A stretch of DNA of 64,000 bases from an uncultured Spirochaetota bacterium (GTDB lineage: Bacteria; Spirochaetota; Brevinematia; Brevinematales; JAOACQ01), in contig CAWIGG010000004.1 of the NCBI GenBank assembly GCA_963835575.1, positions 768,001-832,000 on the forward strand. The letters run 5' to 3'. Shown here in pieces: positions 20,101-29,012 of the stretch. The translations under genes and the position numbers were made by a program. The notes beneath the pieces are model-generated. The model was not told the DNA's origin. It was given only the letters and a program-made list of their open reading frames with translations, and did no database searches. Positions within the stretch are counted from its first letter, which is position 1. Each line of letters begins with the position of its first letter.

Positions 20101-20245
20101 ATGTCCGGCAGTTTTTCTGCCAGTTTGAGATAAGGGATTTAATTTCTTTTAATCTATCGCCTGAAAGTCCCAGTTCATTCCTAAAATAGTCATTTTTTTT
20201 AAAGAAAGTTTCTGTAAACAACCTGTCCATTAATATTAACTCCAT
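17105..20245 (-). CDS. Type IIG/IIL restriction-modification fusion enzyme (Eco57I/TaqI-like N6-adenine methyltransferase, nuclease and TRD)
   Basis: AD...VLVEFK nuclease motif, GVYYTP, ILDPACGSGAFL (motif I), VVIGNPPY (motif IV), LLALINSKL, C-terminal IDRMVYELYGLT. Confidence 0.9.
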   Translation of the reverse strand: MELILMDRLFTETFFKKNDYFRNELGLSGDRLKEIKSLISNWQKNCRTFTKGIDKETGDANQFIEVVFEKILGYHGKGKDSLNYTLTSEFAVKGGGAGGGSGSADMALGYFTKEAEKAQVLVEFKDQSSDDLDKPSSRKDRYSPVDQCWNYLEYYTEAKWGIVTNFNEIRLYFKQAGKARCETFYFNVPDDQTLRHRPLSEETETLKFINILKAEHLLARDGKSYSEDILSRQGLEEQKVQKEFYSHYKELRSKIFSELLKNNREFDNNKHQLLSLVQKFLDRIIFCWFCEDSRNLLLPSNILSRVIEDEKKSAYYSGNDFTIWEKVKNLFRAIDRGGNFDIPHGYDGGLFKEDTNLDALKIRNFLFEEISGIGRQYDFGDENELNVNILGHIFEQSISDLEEMRSSFEKSEETAGKKGTPSKRKKEGVYYTPEYITRYIVENTVGAWLKEKLDELDKKYSPKDKLKNREEIILTDYRENYLKKIRILDPACGSGAFLIAAFNYLWKEHQRVHNEMKKLHEKGETVLFKPEEIDKSILQNNLYGVDINSESVEITKLSLWLKTAHKGKKLDNLDNNIKCGNSLIDDPAVAGEKAFKWEKEFPEGGFDVVIGNPPYIPIESMNNNEKDYYKNKFIFLERKYDSSIVFILKGLELLHEFGNLGYISSITWQTGENYLNLRKYLLSNHQLKKIINLPFNVFEDAYVDTGIYVIGKTKTRDYYEIYQYPKNKDINTLEKINYETIELNFINREDYKIILQKNVNIILAKTKNSKFISFGEITDSTQGLAGNMFHVTNEKGLNIYPYLVKGQVYRYSIAIEDINHTDMGSYKSIIKYYIKNERILIRRIISRQNRIMACYYNQDLIVKKDLNPFIIKDENYHIFYLLALINSKLLSFLYLNQSTIATKDDFRQTTLSELRKLPIFKANKSQQKPYVEKANSLIEMHKRLHSIINRFLQRLRDNFRSIKITQNLEDFYTMDFAAFLDELRKQKIRLSLKDQDEWKEYFEEHRKETAGLKAEIEKTDRQIDRMVYELYGLTEEEIAIVEGRDK

Positions 20246-20384
20246 TAGAAACGCTTGATATATTATAACAAATGAATATTTTAAATCAAAACTTTTCTTT
20301 TTTTATTTATTATTTTTCTTCAATCCGTGCAAATCCGCTTCATCCGCGTCCATCCTGTGAACAATCGGATATTATAAAAAGCTA

Positions 20385-20452
20385 CCTCTTGCCATGCAAA
20401 AACACCCTCTTGTCATGTTTTAATATCTTTCGTAAAAAAAACGCTCTATAAT
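20385..20452 (+). promoter_or_regulatory. Putative LytTR-type operator (direct repeats, 21-bp period) upstream of a TATAAT -10 box
   Basis: cctcttgccatg (20385-20396) and cctcttgtcatg (20406-20417); TATAAT at 20447-20452; no consensus -35. Confidence 0.6.
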
Positions 20453-20484
20453 TTTGGCGATTTTAAACAAAAGGAGGAAATTTT

Positions 20485-21228
20485 ATGTTTAAAATGATTG
20501 TTTACAGTTTAATTGGTTTGCTCTGCGCGGCCGGCGCGGCCTTTTCGACGGATTATAAGGAATGTTTTGACCTGGGTCTCTATTTTGGGAAAGAGCCCGC
20601 CGCTATTCATCAAAAAATAGATGAATACCAGGCAAAGCTGAAAAATGATTCAAAGGATTATTACGCGGACCTTGCGGTCGGTGTTTTGTATTCGGCCCTT
20701 TCAAGCCCCTTTGATAATCCGGAAGAGGGAGCCTCGAAAGAGGTTGTAGAGTACACTGAAAAGTTTTTGAAAATCGAGCCGGCCAACACTCTCGGCCTGA
20801 TTTACAACGGGCTCGGTCATTCCCTGATCTCCAGGGATTCATCGAATGTGATCGTCAAGGTTTTCGAGGTGAACAAGGCCTCGGATGTATTCGATCAGGC
20901 GGTAAAGCTTTCAAAGGGTGCGGAAAATGAATGGTATATCCGCTTTATGAGGGCCAACTTTTATGTCAACCTGCCGGATTTTTTCAACAAAATGAAAACC
21001 GCGGAAGAGGATTACCGTTTTGTGGAGACATATTATGCAGCCAATCCTTCAATCGAGACTTCCATGGTAGCGGCTTATTATTACCTGGGAGAAATGGAAA
21101 AAACAAAGGGAGATATTGATAAGGCCGTCAGCTACTGGAAAAAATCAACCGGACTGCAGAAAAAGCTGAAGACAAGTTTTCCCGAAGGGAAATATGCCCA
21201 GAAGAAACTGGATATTTATGAGGATTAA
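20485..21228 (+). CDS. Secreted TPR-repeat protein
   Basis: Signal peptide; helical TPR-like units such as AAYYYLGEMEKTKGDIDKAVSYWKK. Confidence 0.75.
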   Translation: MFKMIVYSLIGLLCAAGAAFSTDYKECFDLGLYFGKEPAAIHQKIDEYQAKLKNDSKDYYADLAVGVLYSALSSPFDNPEEGASKEVVEYTEKFLKIEPANTLGLIYNGLGHSLISRDSSNVIVKVFEVNKASDVFDQAVKLSKGAENEWYIRFMRANFYVNLPDFFNKMKTAEEDYRFVETYYAANPSIETSMVAAYYYLGEMEKTKGDIDKAVSYWKKSTGLQKKLKTSFPEGKYAQKKLDIYED

Positions 21229-21229
21229 G

Positions 21230-21262
21230 ATTTTTCCTAAAACCTTCGGTTTTAGGAAAAAT
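21230..21262. terminator. Intra-operon hairpin (terminator or mRNA stabiliser)
   Basis: atttttcctaaaacc-ttc-ggttttaggaaaaat directly after the stop codon. Confidence 0.5.
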
Positions 21263-21386
21263 TACGGTTATAAAAGACTTTTGTTTTAAAAAGTCCGTAA
21301 ACACGTGGGCAACACGAAGTGTTGCTGGTGTTTACTTGACTCTACAAATAGTTTTTGACCGGTAAGTTAATTTTAGGAGGTAATAT

Positions 21387-22352
21387 ATGGCCGAAGCATT
21401 AGTCCGGGATTATACCTTGAATGACAGGAAATACAACCTTATTATAGGGGGAATAATCTGGATCATTTTTATCGGTATGGGAATATTCTGGTTTTTAAAA
21501 ACCGGGAATAAATTCTTCCTTTTTGACTTGCCTTATATCGGTACGTCGATCGCGCTCGGAACAATCCTGGGCGCGGTCCTTCCGCGGAAAGCGGCGCATT
21601 ACGGCAGAAGAGTAACACAGCTCCTGGTCGGTCTTTACATGCTGGTCTATCTCGGTTTTTTCATAAAAGTGAATATGCAGATCGAATCCTTCTTTTTCTA
21701 TGTCCTGGCTGGGGCCCTCGGCGGCGCGATCATCCATTATCTCCCGGCCAAGCTCCTCGGGCCGGTTATTTTTAACCGGGGTTTCTGCGGCTGGGCATGC
21801 TGGACGGCGATGGTCCTGGATTTCCTTCCCTGGAAAACCCCGAAAACGGGCAGGATCAGAGGATTGGGAATAATCCGGTATATCCATTTCGGACTTTCTT
21901 TCGGGCTTGTGGCGGTCCTATTTATCGGCATGAAATATTTTTCCGGGAACGGGTATCTGAAGGATTTGATGTGGCTGGCGGTCGGGAACGCGCTTTATTA
22001 TTCAGCCGGGATACTTCTTGCCTTTGTCCTGAAAGATAACCGGGCTTTCTGTAAATATCTCTGTCCGGTACCGGTCCTGCAGAAAATAATGGGGCGGTTT
22101 TCAATCTTTAAAATCAGGATCAACCGGGAAAAATGCATTGACTGCGGCATCTGCGAAAAAAAATGCCCGATGAATATTAAGCTTCTTGAATATTCCCATG
22201 CCGGGAAGCGGGTCCTTTCCACGGAATGTCTTCTCTGCAATGTCTGCATCGATGCCTGCCCGAGAGATGCTGTCGGGATGTCGGCGGGTATTGACGCCGG
22301 TTTCCGGGAACATATCCAATACCAAAAGGTTTCCAGTACTAGGGGAGAATAA
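21387..22352 (+). CDS. Membrane 4Fe-4S binding protein (NapH/YccM-like)
   Basis: TM helices; RGFCGWAC, RAFCKYLCP, CIDCGICEKKCP, CLLCNVCIDACP. Confidence 0.85.
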   Translation: MAEALVRDYTLNDRKYNLIIGGIIWIIFIGMGIFWFLKTGNKFFLFDLPYIGTSIALGTILGAVLPRKAAHYGRRVTQLLVGLYMLVYLGFFIKVNMQIESFFFYVLAGALGGAIIHYLPAKLLGPVIFNRGFCGWACWTAMVLDFLPWKTPKTGRIRGLGIIRYIHFGLSFGLVAVLFIGMKYFSGNGYLKDLMWLAVGNALYYSAGILLAFVLKDNRAFCKYLCPVPVLQKIMGRFSIFKIRINREKCIDCGICEKKCPMNIKLLEYSHAGKRVLSTECLLCNVCIDACPRDAVGMSAGIDAGFREHIQYQKVSSTRGE

Positions 22353-22354
22353 TT

Positions 22355-23017
22355 ATGTTAATTGATATTCAGAACGTTTCCAAAACCTACCTGATGGAAA
22401 AAGTAAAACTGGAAGCGTTGAAAAATGTGGACCTGACCCTGAACAAAGGGGATTTTACCGCTTTGACCGGCCCTTCCGGCTCGGGAAAATCGACCCTGCT
22501 CCATATCATCGGCTGTATCGAGAACCCGACGGAAGGCGACGTGATCATCCATGACGAAAATGTTAAGAGGATGAATGACAGAAAGCTTTCCCTGTTCAGG
22601 AATGCCCATATCGGGTTTATTTTCCAGAGTTTTAACCTGATGTCAGTCCTGAATGTATATGAGAATGTGGAGTACCCGTTGATGATCCGCGGCGGGAAAG
22701 TGGACAGGGAGAAAGTGATTTCCATCATTGAATCTGTCGGATTGAAGGATTACATGAAGCACAGGCCGGATGAGCTTTCCGGCGGTCAGAGGCAGCGTGT
22801 GGCGATAGCGCGGGCGCTTGTCACGGACCCGGATATCATCATAGCGGACAAACCGACGGCGAACCTCGATTCAGGGACTGGGGACAGGATCATCGACCTG
22901 CTTCTTGAGCTGAACCGGAAGTCAAACACGGCCTTTCTTTTTTCCACACATAATGAGGCCGTGTCGAAGTACGCGAAGAAGATCGTTCACATCCTGGACG
23001 GAAGATTACAGAAATAG
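22355..23017 (+). CDS. ABC transporter ATP-binding protein (LolD/MacB-like) with an atypical Walker B
   Basis: GPSGSGKST, LSGGQRQRVAIARAL, IIIADKPT, STH. Confidence 0.9.
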   Translation: MLIDIQNVSKTYLMEKVKLEALKNVDLTLNKGDFTALTGPSGSGKSTLLHIIGCIENPTEGDVIIHDENVKRMNDRKLSLFRNAHIGFIFQSFNLMSVLNVYENVEYPLMIRGGKVDREKVISIIESVGLKDYMKHRPDELSGGQRQRVAIARALVTDPDIIIADKPTANLDSGTGDRIIDLLLELNRKSNTAFLFSTHNEAVSKYAKKIVHILDGRLQK

Positions 23018-23025
23018 GAGACGGT

Positions 23026-24255
23026 ATGTTTTATCTGAAAATAGGCCTGAGGAATATCATCAAGAATTTTAGGAAAACCCTTCTCACTCTCCTGACAATA
23101 AGCGTGGGAATGGCGGCGCTTGCTGTTTACAGCGGTTCCAACAATCACATGTTTCAAATGCTCAGGGATTATATCATACACAGCCAGACCGGGCATTTTC
23201 AGCTTTATAAAAAGGGATTTCCGCTGTATCAAAATGAATTTCCCTTCGACTATCTGATAGATAATTACAGGGATGTGCTGAAAGAGCTTTATAAAATCCC
23301 GGAAATAAAGTTTATCGCTCCCCGGCTGAAATTCAGCGGCCTGATATCAAGCGATAAAAAAAGCGCCATGGTGATGGGCCAGGGCGGCGATCCGGAAGCG
23401 GAAAAGCTGATGGAAAATGACCCGTTAAGCGCCGGAAATTTCCTTTCTCCGGATGATAAGTCAAATGATTCGATACTCGGCGAAGGGCTCATCAAAAAGC
23501 TTTCAGGCCGGATCGGGGATGATTTCACGCTGATGGCCGCCATGAAAGGGGGCGGGCTCAACGGGCTGGATATCACGGTCAAGGGAGTGAAAAAAGGCGG
23601 GGGTGAGAGTGATGTTCTCAGCAAAATGTTCCTTCTCGCGGGACTGGATAATATACAGAAGCTCCTGAATGTGCCGGATTCCGCGGACACGCTTATCGTT
23701 ATGCTTAAAGATAATAAATACATAAATAAAGTTGAGCCTGAAATCAGGGAGATCTGTTCACGGTTCGGGCTTGAATATAAAAAATGGGATGAGCTTGCTG
23801 TTTTCTACAGGAGCGTAAAGGCGATGTTCAATATGAATGAACTTGTCCTTACTTTTATTATTCTTTTTATCATCGTTTTCATCATCGCTAATACAATGAT
23901 CATGAACCTGATGGAAAGAATGAGGGAAATCGGCACCATCCGCGCCCTGGGAACCACAAAGGCAAAGGTCGCGAAGATCTTTCTGGGAGAAAGTTTTCTG
24001 CTTGGTTTGATAGGCGGCTTTTTCGGGATTTTAATGGGCTTCCTGGCCGGCGCCGTCATCAATATCAGCGGCGGTATCTATCATCCGCCTTCTGTTTATA
24101 ATCAATCGGCGTATTATACCTTGATCCGTCCGGAATTGTCCGGTATTCTGGGATACTGGCTTCTTTTTACGGCCGTATCCGCCGTTTCAGCGGTGCTGAC
24201 AATTATTAAGGCCAATAAGATCAGCGTTGCCGGCGCGCTGAGGTCCATTTCGTGA
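23026..24255 (+). CDS. ABC transporter permease (LolC/E, FtsX-like)
   Basis: IGLRNIIKNFRKTLLT; ERMREIGTIRALG; 4-TM MacB-type topology. Confidence 0.88.
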   Translation: MFYLKIGLRNIIKNFRKTLLTLLTISVGMAALAVYSGSNNHMFQMLRDYIIHSQTGHFQLYKKGFPLYQNEFPFDYLIDNYRDVLKELYKIPEIKFIAPRLKFSGLISSDKKSAMVMGQGGDPEAEKLMENDPLSAGNFLSPDDKSNDSILGEGLIKKLSGRIGDDFTLMAAMKGGGLNGLDITVKGVKKGGGESDVLSKMFLLAGLDNIQKLLNVPDSADTLIVMLKDNKYINKVEPEIREICSRFGLEYKKWDELAVFYRSVKAMFNMNELVLTFIILFIIVFIIANTMIMNLMERMREIGTIRALGTTKAKVAKIFLGESFLLGLIGGFFGILMGFLAGAVINISGGIYHPPSVYNQSAYYTLIRPELSGILGYWLLFTAVSAVSAVLTIIKANKISVAGALRSIS

Positions 24256-24286
24256 GCCGCCCAAAAAGATATTTGAGGAGAAAGAC

Positions 24287-25507
24287 ATGTTTTTTTTGAA
24301 ACTGGGGTTCAGGAATCTGATGAAAAACAGAAGAAGGACGCTTTTAACAATGTCGGCGGTCATTATCGGAATGGCGGCTTTGATCCTGGCGAACGGCTTT
24401 GTCAGATATTCCTTGTGGGGGCTCCGCGAATCGACGATCCAGGGCGGCGTCGGTCATTTTCAGATTTATAAAAAAGGCTTTAAGGAATTCGGGGAAGAAA
24501 AGCCGTATGATTATCTCATCACCGGCTATAAAAAAATCATGCGCGAACTGGCCGGGATACCGGGAATAAAATTGACTGCGCCCCGGCTGAATTTCCAGGG
24601 CATGATCTTCAGCGCTGAAAAAAGCACAGTCATTATGGGAATTTCGGGCCTTGATGAGGAAGAAAAGAAATTGATGTCGTTTTCAACACTGGAGAACAGC
24701 CGCTTTATTTCAGATGATAAACCATACGATATCGTGATAGGAGCGGGAGCGGCCAGGAACATCTCGGCGAAAATCGGGGACAGCGGTACCATCATGGTCG
24801 CGATGAAAGACGGGAGCATCAATGCGATTGATTTCAATATAGCCGGGATCATGCACAGCCAGCTCTCAGAGATGGAAAATGTTTACGCTCTGGCCGGCCT
24901 GGGAACGATACAGAAGCTCTTGAATACTCCGGATTCTATCGACACCCTGGCCGTTCTGCTTCAAAAAACGGAAGACATGGAAAAAATAGAGCCGCGGATC
25001 AGGGCCGTCTGTGATAAATACGGCCTGGAGTACCGGCGATGGGACCAGCTTGTTCCAATGTACGCCAGCGCGAAAGAGTTCTACGAATCGTCCATGCGTG
25101 TCGCGCTTATTGTCATATTCGCTATTGTAGTTCTTGCAGTGACGAACACGATGCTCATGGTCGTTTTTGAAAGGGTCCGGGAGATAGGGACGATCAGGTC
25201 CCTGGGGACAACGCGCTCAATGGTCCTGCAGCTGTTTATCTCTGAAAGCTTTATCCTGGGAGCGGCCGGCTCATTTTTCGGGATTATAGCAGGCATTATC
25301 CTGGCGCAAACTATCAACGGCCTGGGAGGGATCCCTCTTCCACCGCCTCCGGGCAATGCCCGTTCGTATCATGGCATGTTCAGCCTGGATTTCGCCGCTA
25401 TGCTCATGTATTATTTTATGTTTATTCTTGTTTCCGTAATAGCCTCGATCTATCCGGCATGGAAAGCCGCGCGGCTATCCATAGCGGACGCGCTCAGATG
25501 GATTTGA
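24287..25507 (+). CDS. ABC transporter permease (LolC/E, FtsX-like), paralog of the upstream permease
   Basis: RNLMKNRRRTLLT; ERVREIGTIRSLG; YPAWKAARLSIADALR. Confidence 0.88.
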   Translation: MFFLKLGFRNLMKNRRRTLLTMSAVIIGMAALILANGFVRYSLWGLRESTIQGGVGHFQIYKKGFKEFGEEKPYDYLITGYKKIMRELAGIPGIKLTAPRLNFQGMIFSAEKSTVIMGISGLDEEEKKLMSFSTLENSRFISDDKPYDIVIGAGAARNISAKIGDSGTIMVAMKDGSINAIDFNIAGIMHSQLSEMENVYALAGLGTIQKLLNTPDSIDTLAVLLQKTEDMEKIEPRIRAVCDKYGLEYRRWDQLVPMYASAKEFYESSMRVALIVIFAIVVLAVTNTMLMVVFERVREIGTIRSLGTTRSMVLQLFISESFILGAAGSFFGIIAGIILAQTINGLGGIPLPPPPGNARSYHGMFSLDFAAMLMYYFMFILVSVIASIYPAWKAARLSIADALRWI

Positions 25508-25552
25508 GGTACAGATAGCCAAAAAACTTAAGGTTTTTGGCTATCTGTACCT
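25507..25552. repeat. Intergenic palindrome with 19-bp arms
   Basis: aggtacagatagccaaaaa / tttttggctatctgtacct. Confidence 0.6.
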
Positions 25553-25669
25553 GGTTATAAAGTATTTTTGTTTAATGAAAAAGACGCAACTGCGTGGAGT
25601 TCGCGAAGCGAACTTAGCAGCTGCAAAATTCAGAACAATGTAGTTCTAAAAATATTCAGGAGGAAAAAT

Positions 25670-26410
25670 ATGAAGTATCTGTTCTACTGGATACCGCTGG
25701 TAATTCTTTTTAATAATCCCGGGTTCGGCATCACGGCCGGGGAGGTCCTGCAGAACGCCGACAAATGCCGGTCTGTCGGATTGAATTTTGAGTTCCGGCT
25801 TCAGATGGGGGATTATAAGAAGGGCGAACTGTCTGAAAAGAGTTTCCTGTACGGTTATGTCAAGGGCTATGATAAGTCGATGGTCGTCTTTAAGGAGCCT
25901 TCCAGCATGAAAGGAAGGAAAATACTGATGATCGGCGACGATATGTGGATCTTCATTCCCAACACAAAGCGCCCGGTGCGCCTGACGCCGTCCCAGCGGC
26001 TTTTCGGCCAGGCTTCAAACGGAGACGTGGCGAAAGTCAGGTTCTCTTACGATTATGCTGCGGCCCTGAATGGTACCGAAATGATTTCAGATATGACAAC
26101 TGATAGGGAATGCTACAGGCTTGGGTTGGAGGCTAAGAGGATTGGAGCCACTTATAATAAAATCGTTCTCTGGGTTGAAACAAAAACATTTTATCCTGTG
26201 AAGGCCGAGTATTTTGCCCTGAGCGGAAAGAAGTTGAAGACGGCGTACTACAGCGGAGCCAGGGAAATAGAAGGCAAAACCGTTGTGACAAAAACCGTCA
26301 TCTATGATGAGGTGATCAAGGATAACTTTACGGTCATGGAATACATTGAAATGAAAGAAATGGATGTGGAAGACAAGTACTTTAACAAAGAATTCCTGCA
26401 GAGGATGTAA
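25670..26410 (+). CDS. Outer-membrane lipoprotein-sorting protein (LolA-like)
   Basis: FKEPSSMKGRKIL...DDMWIFIP...SQRLFGQASNGD...YNKIVLWV...SGKKLK. Start placed after AGGAGG. Confidence 0.8.
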   Translation: MKYLFYWIPLVILFNNPGFGITAGEVLQNADKCRSVGLNFEFRLQMGDYKKGELSEKSFLYGYVKGYDKSMVVFKEPSSMKGRKILMIGDDMWIFIPNTKRPVRLTPSQRLFGQASNGDVAKVRFSYDYAAALNGTEMISDMTTDRECYRLGLEAKRIGATYNKIVLWVETKTFYPVKAEYFALSGKKLKTAYYSGAREIEGKTVVTKTVIYDEVIKDNFTVMEYIEMKEMDVEDKYFNKEFLQRM

Positions 26411-26428
26411 ATAATACAAAAAAAGGAT

Positions 26429-27730
26429 ATGAATGTGAATAAAACAGTTCTTATCATTCTTATTTTTGCCGGTGTTTATACTTACGGGGCCGAAGGGGAT
26501 ATAGAGAGCCTGTATAACGCGAAGCTTTTTAACACGCAGAATTTTTATGTGTTTAAAAGCGCGCTTGACCCTGATTCTATACTGCCTGTCAGCGACGGGT
26601 ATTCCGGAATGATGAAATATTACCTGGACTCTCAAATCAAGGTAAAAGACCTTTCCTTTTACGCCGCGGATTACGGCTTTTTCCAGCTGATGAAAAGCGC
26701 CGTTTTAACCAACAAGATTGTTGAATTATTTTTATCTTATAAAATGGGCATTTGTTTTATTGACGCCGGAAAGAAAAAAATAACCCAGAGCGCCAGCTTT
26801 TTAAAATCGCCTATCGATTTTGTCCTGAATTCAACCAAAGACATTTCGAAAGACAGGGATTATAATCTCGAATTCGCCGAAGGCAAATTTATGGCTAATC
26901 TGGACCTGTTTTCCGACTTCGGTGTTTTCGGCATATGCTGCATTCCTGAAATGGATTTTACGAATGACGGAATAACCTATTTTTCCAGTCCTCAGGCGGA
27001 ACAGGAGGAATTCCGTTATTCCGTCAATCTGTCCGGCGTTGACGCGGGTCTGGCCGTTTCCCATGATAAATCATGGCAGGCGGGGGCGAATCTTTCCTTC
27101 ACGTTTCTGGAATTCTTTGAATTTCACGCGGAAGGGGCCTATCTGCAGAATAAGGATGTATTACGGATCCGGACCAATAGAATAATAATCGGCTATAATC
27201 CGGTCCTGATGGAAAATATCACAGCCGATCTATTAACGAATGTTGTTCAGACTGTAAATGACGCAACAGAATTCATTATCGGCGGAAGTTATAATAATGA
27301 ATATATCAACCTGATGATTGAATATTACTTTAACCCTTCCGGTTATAATTATGACGAATGGAAAGACATATTAAAAACCGCGAGGGATCAAAGGAAAAAG
27401 TATGATGGGGACAAAAGCGATATTTTCAATCAGATAAATCTGGGGACGCTTCAAAACCATATTTATTCCCCGGGAATTGCCGAACTCTGCGAGCATTATC
27501 TGATGATCAGGATCACAAACCCGCCTTCGGAAAAATCAGGCCTTTCCGCCGTTGCGCTCTTTAATCTGCAGGACCTGAGCGGGATTTTTATACCGGGCGT
27601 CTGTTATACCGGATGGGACCATCTTTCCTTGTCGGTAAACGCTTCCTTCTCTTTCGGCGATGATTACAGCGAGTTTAAACTGTTGGGGCAGGATTGGGCG
27701 GTCAGCCTGGAAGTGGAAATATTTTTATAG
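26429..27730 (+). CDS. Putative outer-membrane beta-barrel protein
   Basis: Signal peptide; aromatic-rich strands (EYYFN, FNLQDLS, GDDYSEF); C-terminal VEIFL. Confidence 0.55.
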   Translation: MNVNKTVLIILIFAGVYTYGAEGDIESLYNAKLFNTQNFYVFKSALDPDSILPVSDGYSGMMKYYLDSQIKVKDLSFYAADYGFFQLMKSAVLTNKIVELFLSYKMGICFIDAGKKKITQSASFLKSPIDFVLNSTKDISKDRDYNLEFAEGKFMANLDLFSDFGVFGICCIPEMDFTNDGITYFSSPQAEQEEFRYSVNLSGVDAGLAVSHDKSWQAGANLSFTFLEFFEFHAEGAYLQNKDVLRIRTNRIIIGYNPVLMENITADLLTNVVQTVNDATEFIIGGSYNNEYINLMIEYYFNPSGYNYDEWKDILKTARDQRKKYDGDKSDIFNQINLGTLQNHIYSPGIAELCEHYLMIRITNPPSEKSGLSAVALFNLQDLSGIFIPGVCYTGWDHLSLSVNASFSFGDDYSEFKLLGQDWAVSLEVEIFL

Positions 27731-27738
27731 GGGGTTTT

Positions 27739-28953
27739 ATGAAATATTTTATCATATTTTCAATTTTATTTATGTTTTCGAACCTCTGGTCCTTGACCAT
27801 CAATAAAATCAAAGTGATAGGAAATACCCATACAAAAACTGAGACGATACTGGCTTTTGTTCCGGAGCTGAGGGAAAAAAATGAATATACTGAAGAGGAG
27901 TTAAAAGCCATTGCTCTGAGAGGAAAGGAAAGGCTCAATCTGACAGGCTGGTTCTATAAAGCGGATATTTATATCGCGCCGTCAAAAGAGGGCGATGATT
28001 ATAAAAATATCATTATTGAAGTGGAGGAGGGTTTTTTGTACCGCTTCGGCGGCGGTCCTATTTACGGCATGTACGGTATGGACAATGTGTTCGGGAGCGG
28101 GGAATATTATTCGGCCCAGCTGGGCTGGAATGCCCAGTATATCGAGGCGGGAAGCCTGTTCCTGACAAAAAATCTGTTCTTTAAGGCTGGAATAGGTAAT
28201 TTGCCCGGCGGTTATTATTCCAATAACGGCGCTCAATATCAATGGACAGCCCTGCAGAATATCGGCGGAGAGCTTGAGGCCGGATACAGGATCAACTATG
28301 ACTTCAGCTTGAGTTTATTGAACAACATTAATATGCTCTATACAGAGGATTATTCCTCTCTAGTCAATTACTACAGCGCCGGAGCGAAGGCCCAAATTGA
28401 TGCGAGGTCCGATCTTTATTCTTCATCAAGAGGCCATTTTATGGAATTGAAATACAGCGCCGTTATTCCACTAAACACAGGATTGAAACCGTTCAGCCGG
28501 ATTGAACTGGATGTCAGAAAGTATTTTTCAATCATTCCTGTTTATAATAAACTAATCCTGGCTCTAAAATTCGGGGCGGGATATCAGGATGATGTTTCAC
28601 AGCCTGATTATTTAAAACTTCCATTAGCCGGGATCGACGGGATAAGGAATTTAAATATACCGGACCTGAACGGGAATGTCATAGTGGATGGAAAGGCCGA
28701 ATTGCGCTGGGATTTTTTTGAGACGGAGTTTTTCGGGATATTCAATACGGATTTTGAGGTCATGTCATTTTTCGATTCGGGGGAAGCGGTTAATGATTTC
28801 AATGGATTGTCCGGAGACAGGCTGCAATTTGCATTCGGCCTGGGATTGCGCGTTTTTTTTGAAGCGCCGGTTTATATTCCTCTCAGGCTGGAAATAGGCT
28901 GGGATAAAAACGGCAATAACTCCCTCTTTTTCAGTATGAGCGCGCCTTTTTAG
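27739..28953 (+). CDS. Omp85/BamA-TamA-like protein with a single POTRA domain
   Basis: INKIKVIGNTHTKTETI...LNLTGWF...IEVEE (POTRA); GIR, ELR, FFDSG, FGLGLR; C-terminal Phe. Confidence 0.7.
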   Translation: MKYFIIFSILFMFSNLWSLTINKIKVIGNTHTKTETILAFVPELREKNEYTEEELKAIALRGKERLNLTGWFYKADIYIAPSKEGDDYKNIIIEVEEGFLYRFGGGPIYGMYGMDNVFGSGEYYSAQLGWNAQYIEAGSLFLTKNLFFKAGIGNLPGGYYSNNGAQYQWTALQNIGGELEAGYRINYDFSLSLLNNINMLYTEDYSSLVNYYSAGAKAQIDARSDLYSSSRGHFMELKYSAVIPLNTGLKPFSRIELDVRKYFSIIPVYNKLILALKFGAGYQDDVSQPDYLKLPLAGIDGIRNLNIPDLNGNVIVDGKAELRWDFFETEFFGIFNTDFEVMSFFDSGEAVNDFNGLSGDRLQFAFGLGLRVFFEAPVYIPLRLEIGWDKNGNNSLFFSMSAPF

Positions 28954-29012
28954 AAAGAGAGAATTGTTTGGTTTTGTGTTATAATAGGTTCAAATATAAG
29001 GAGGAAAATAAA

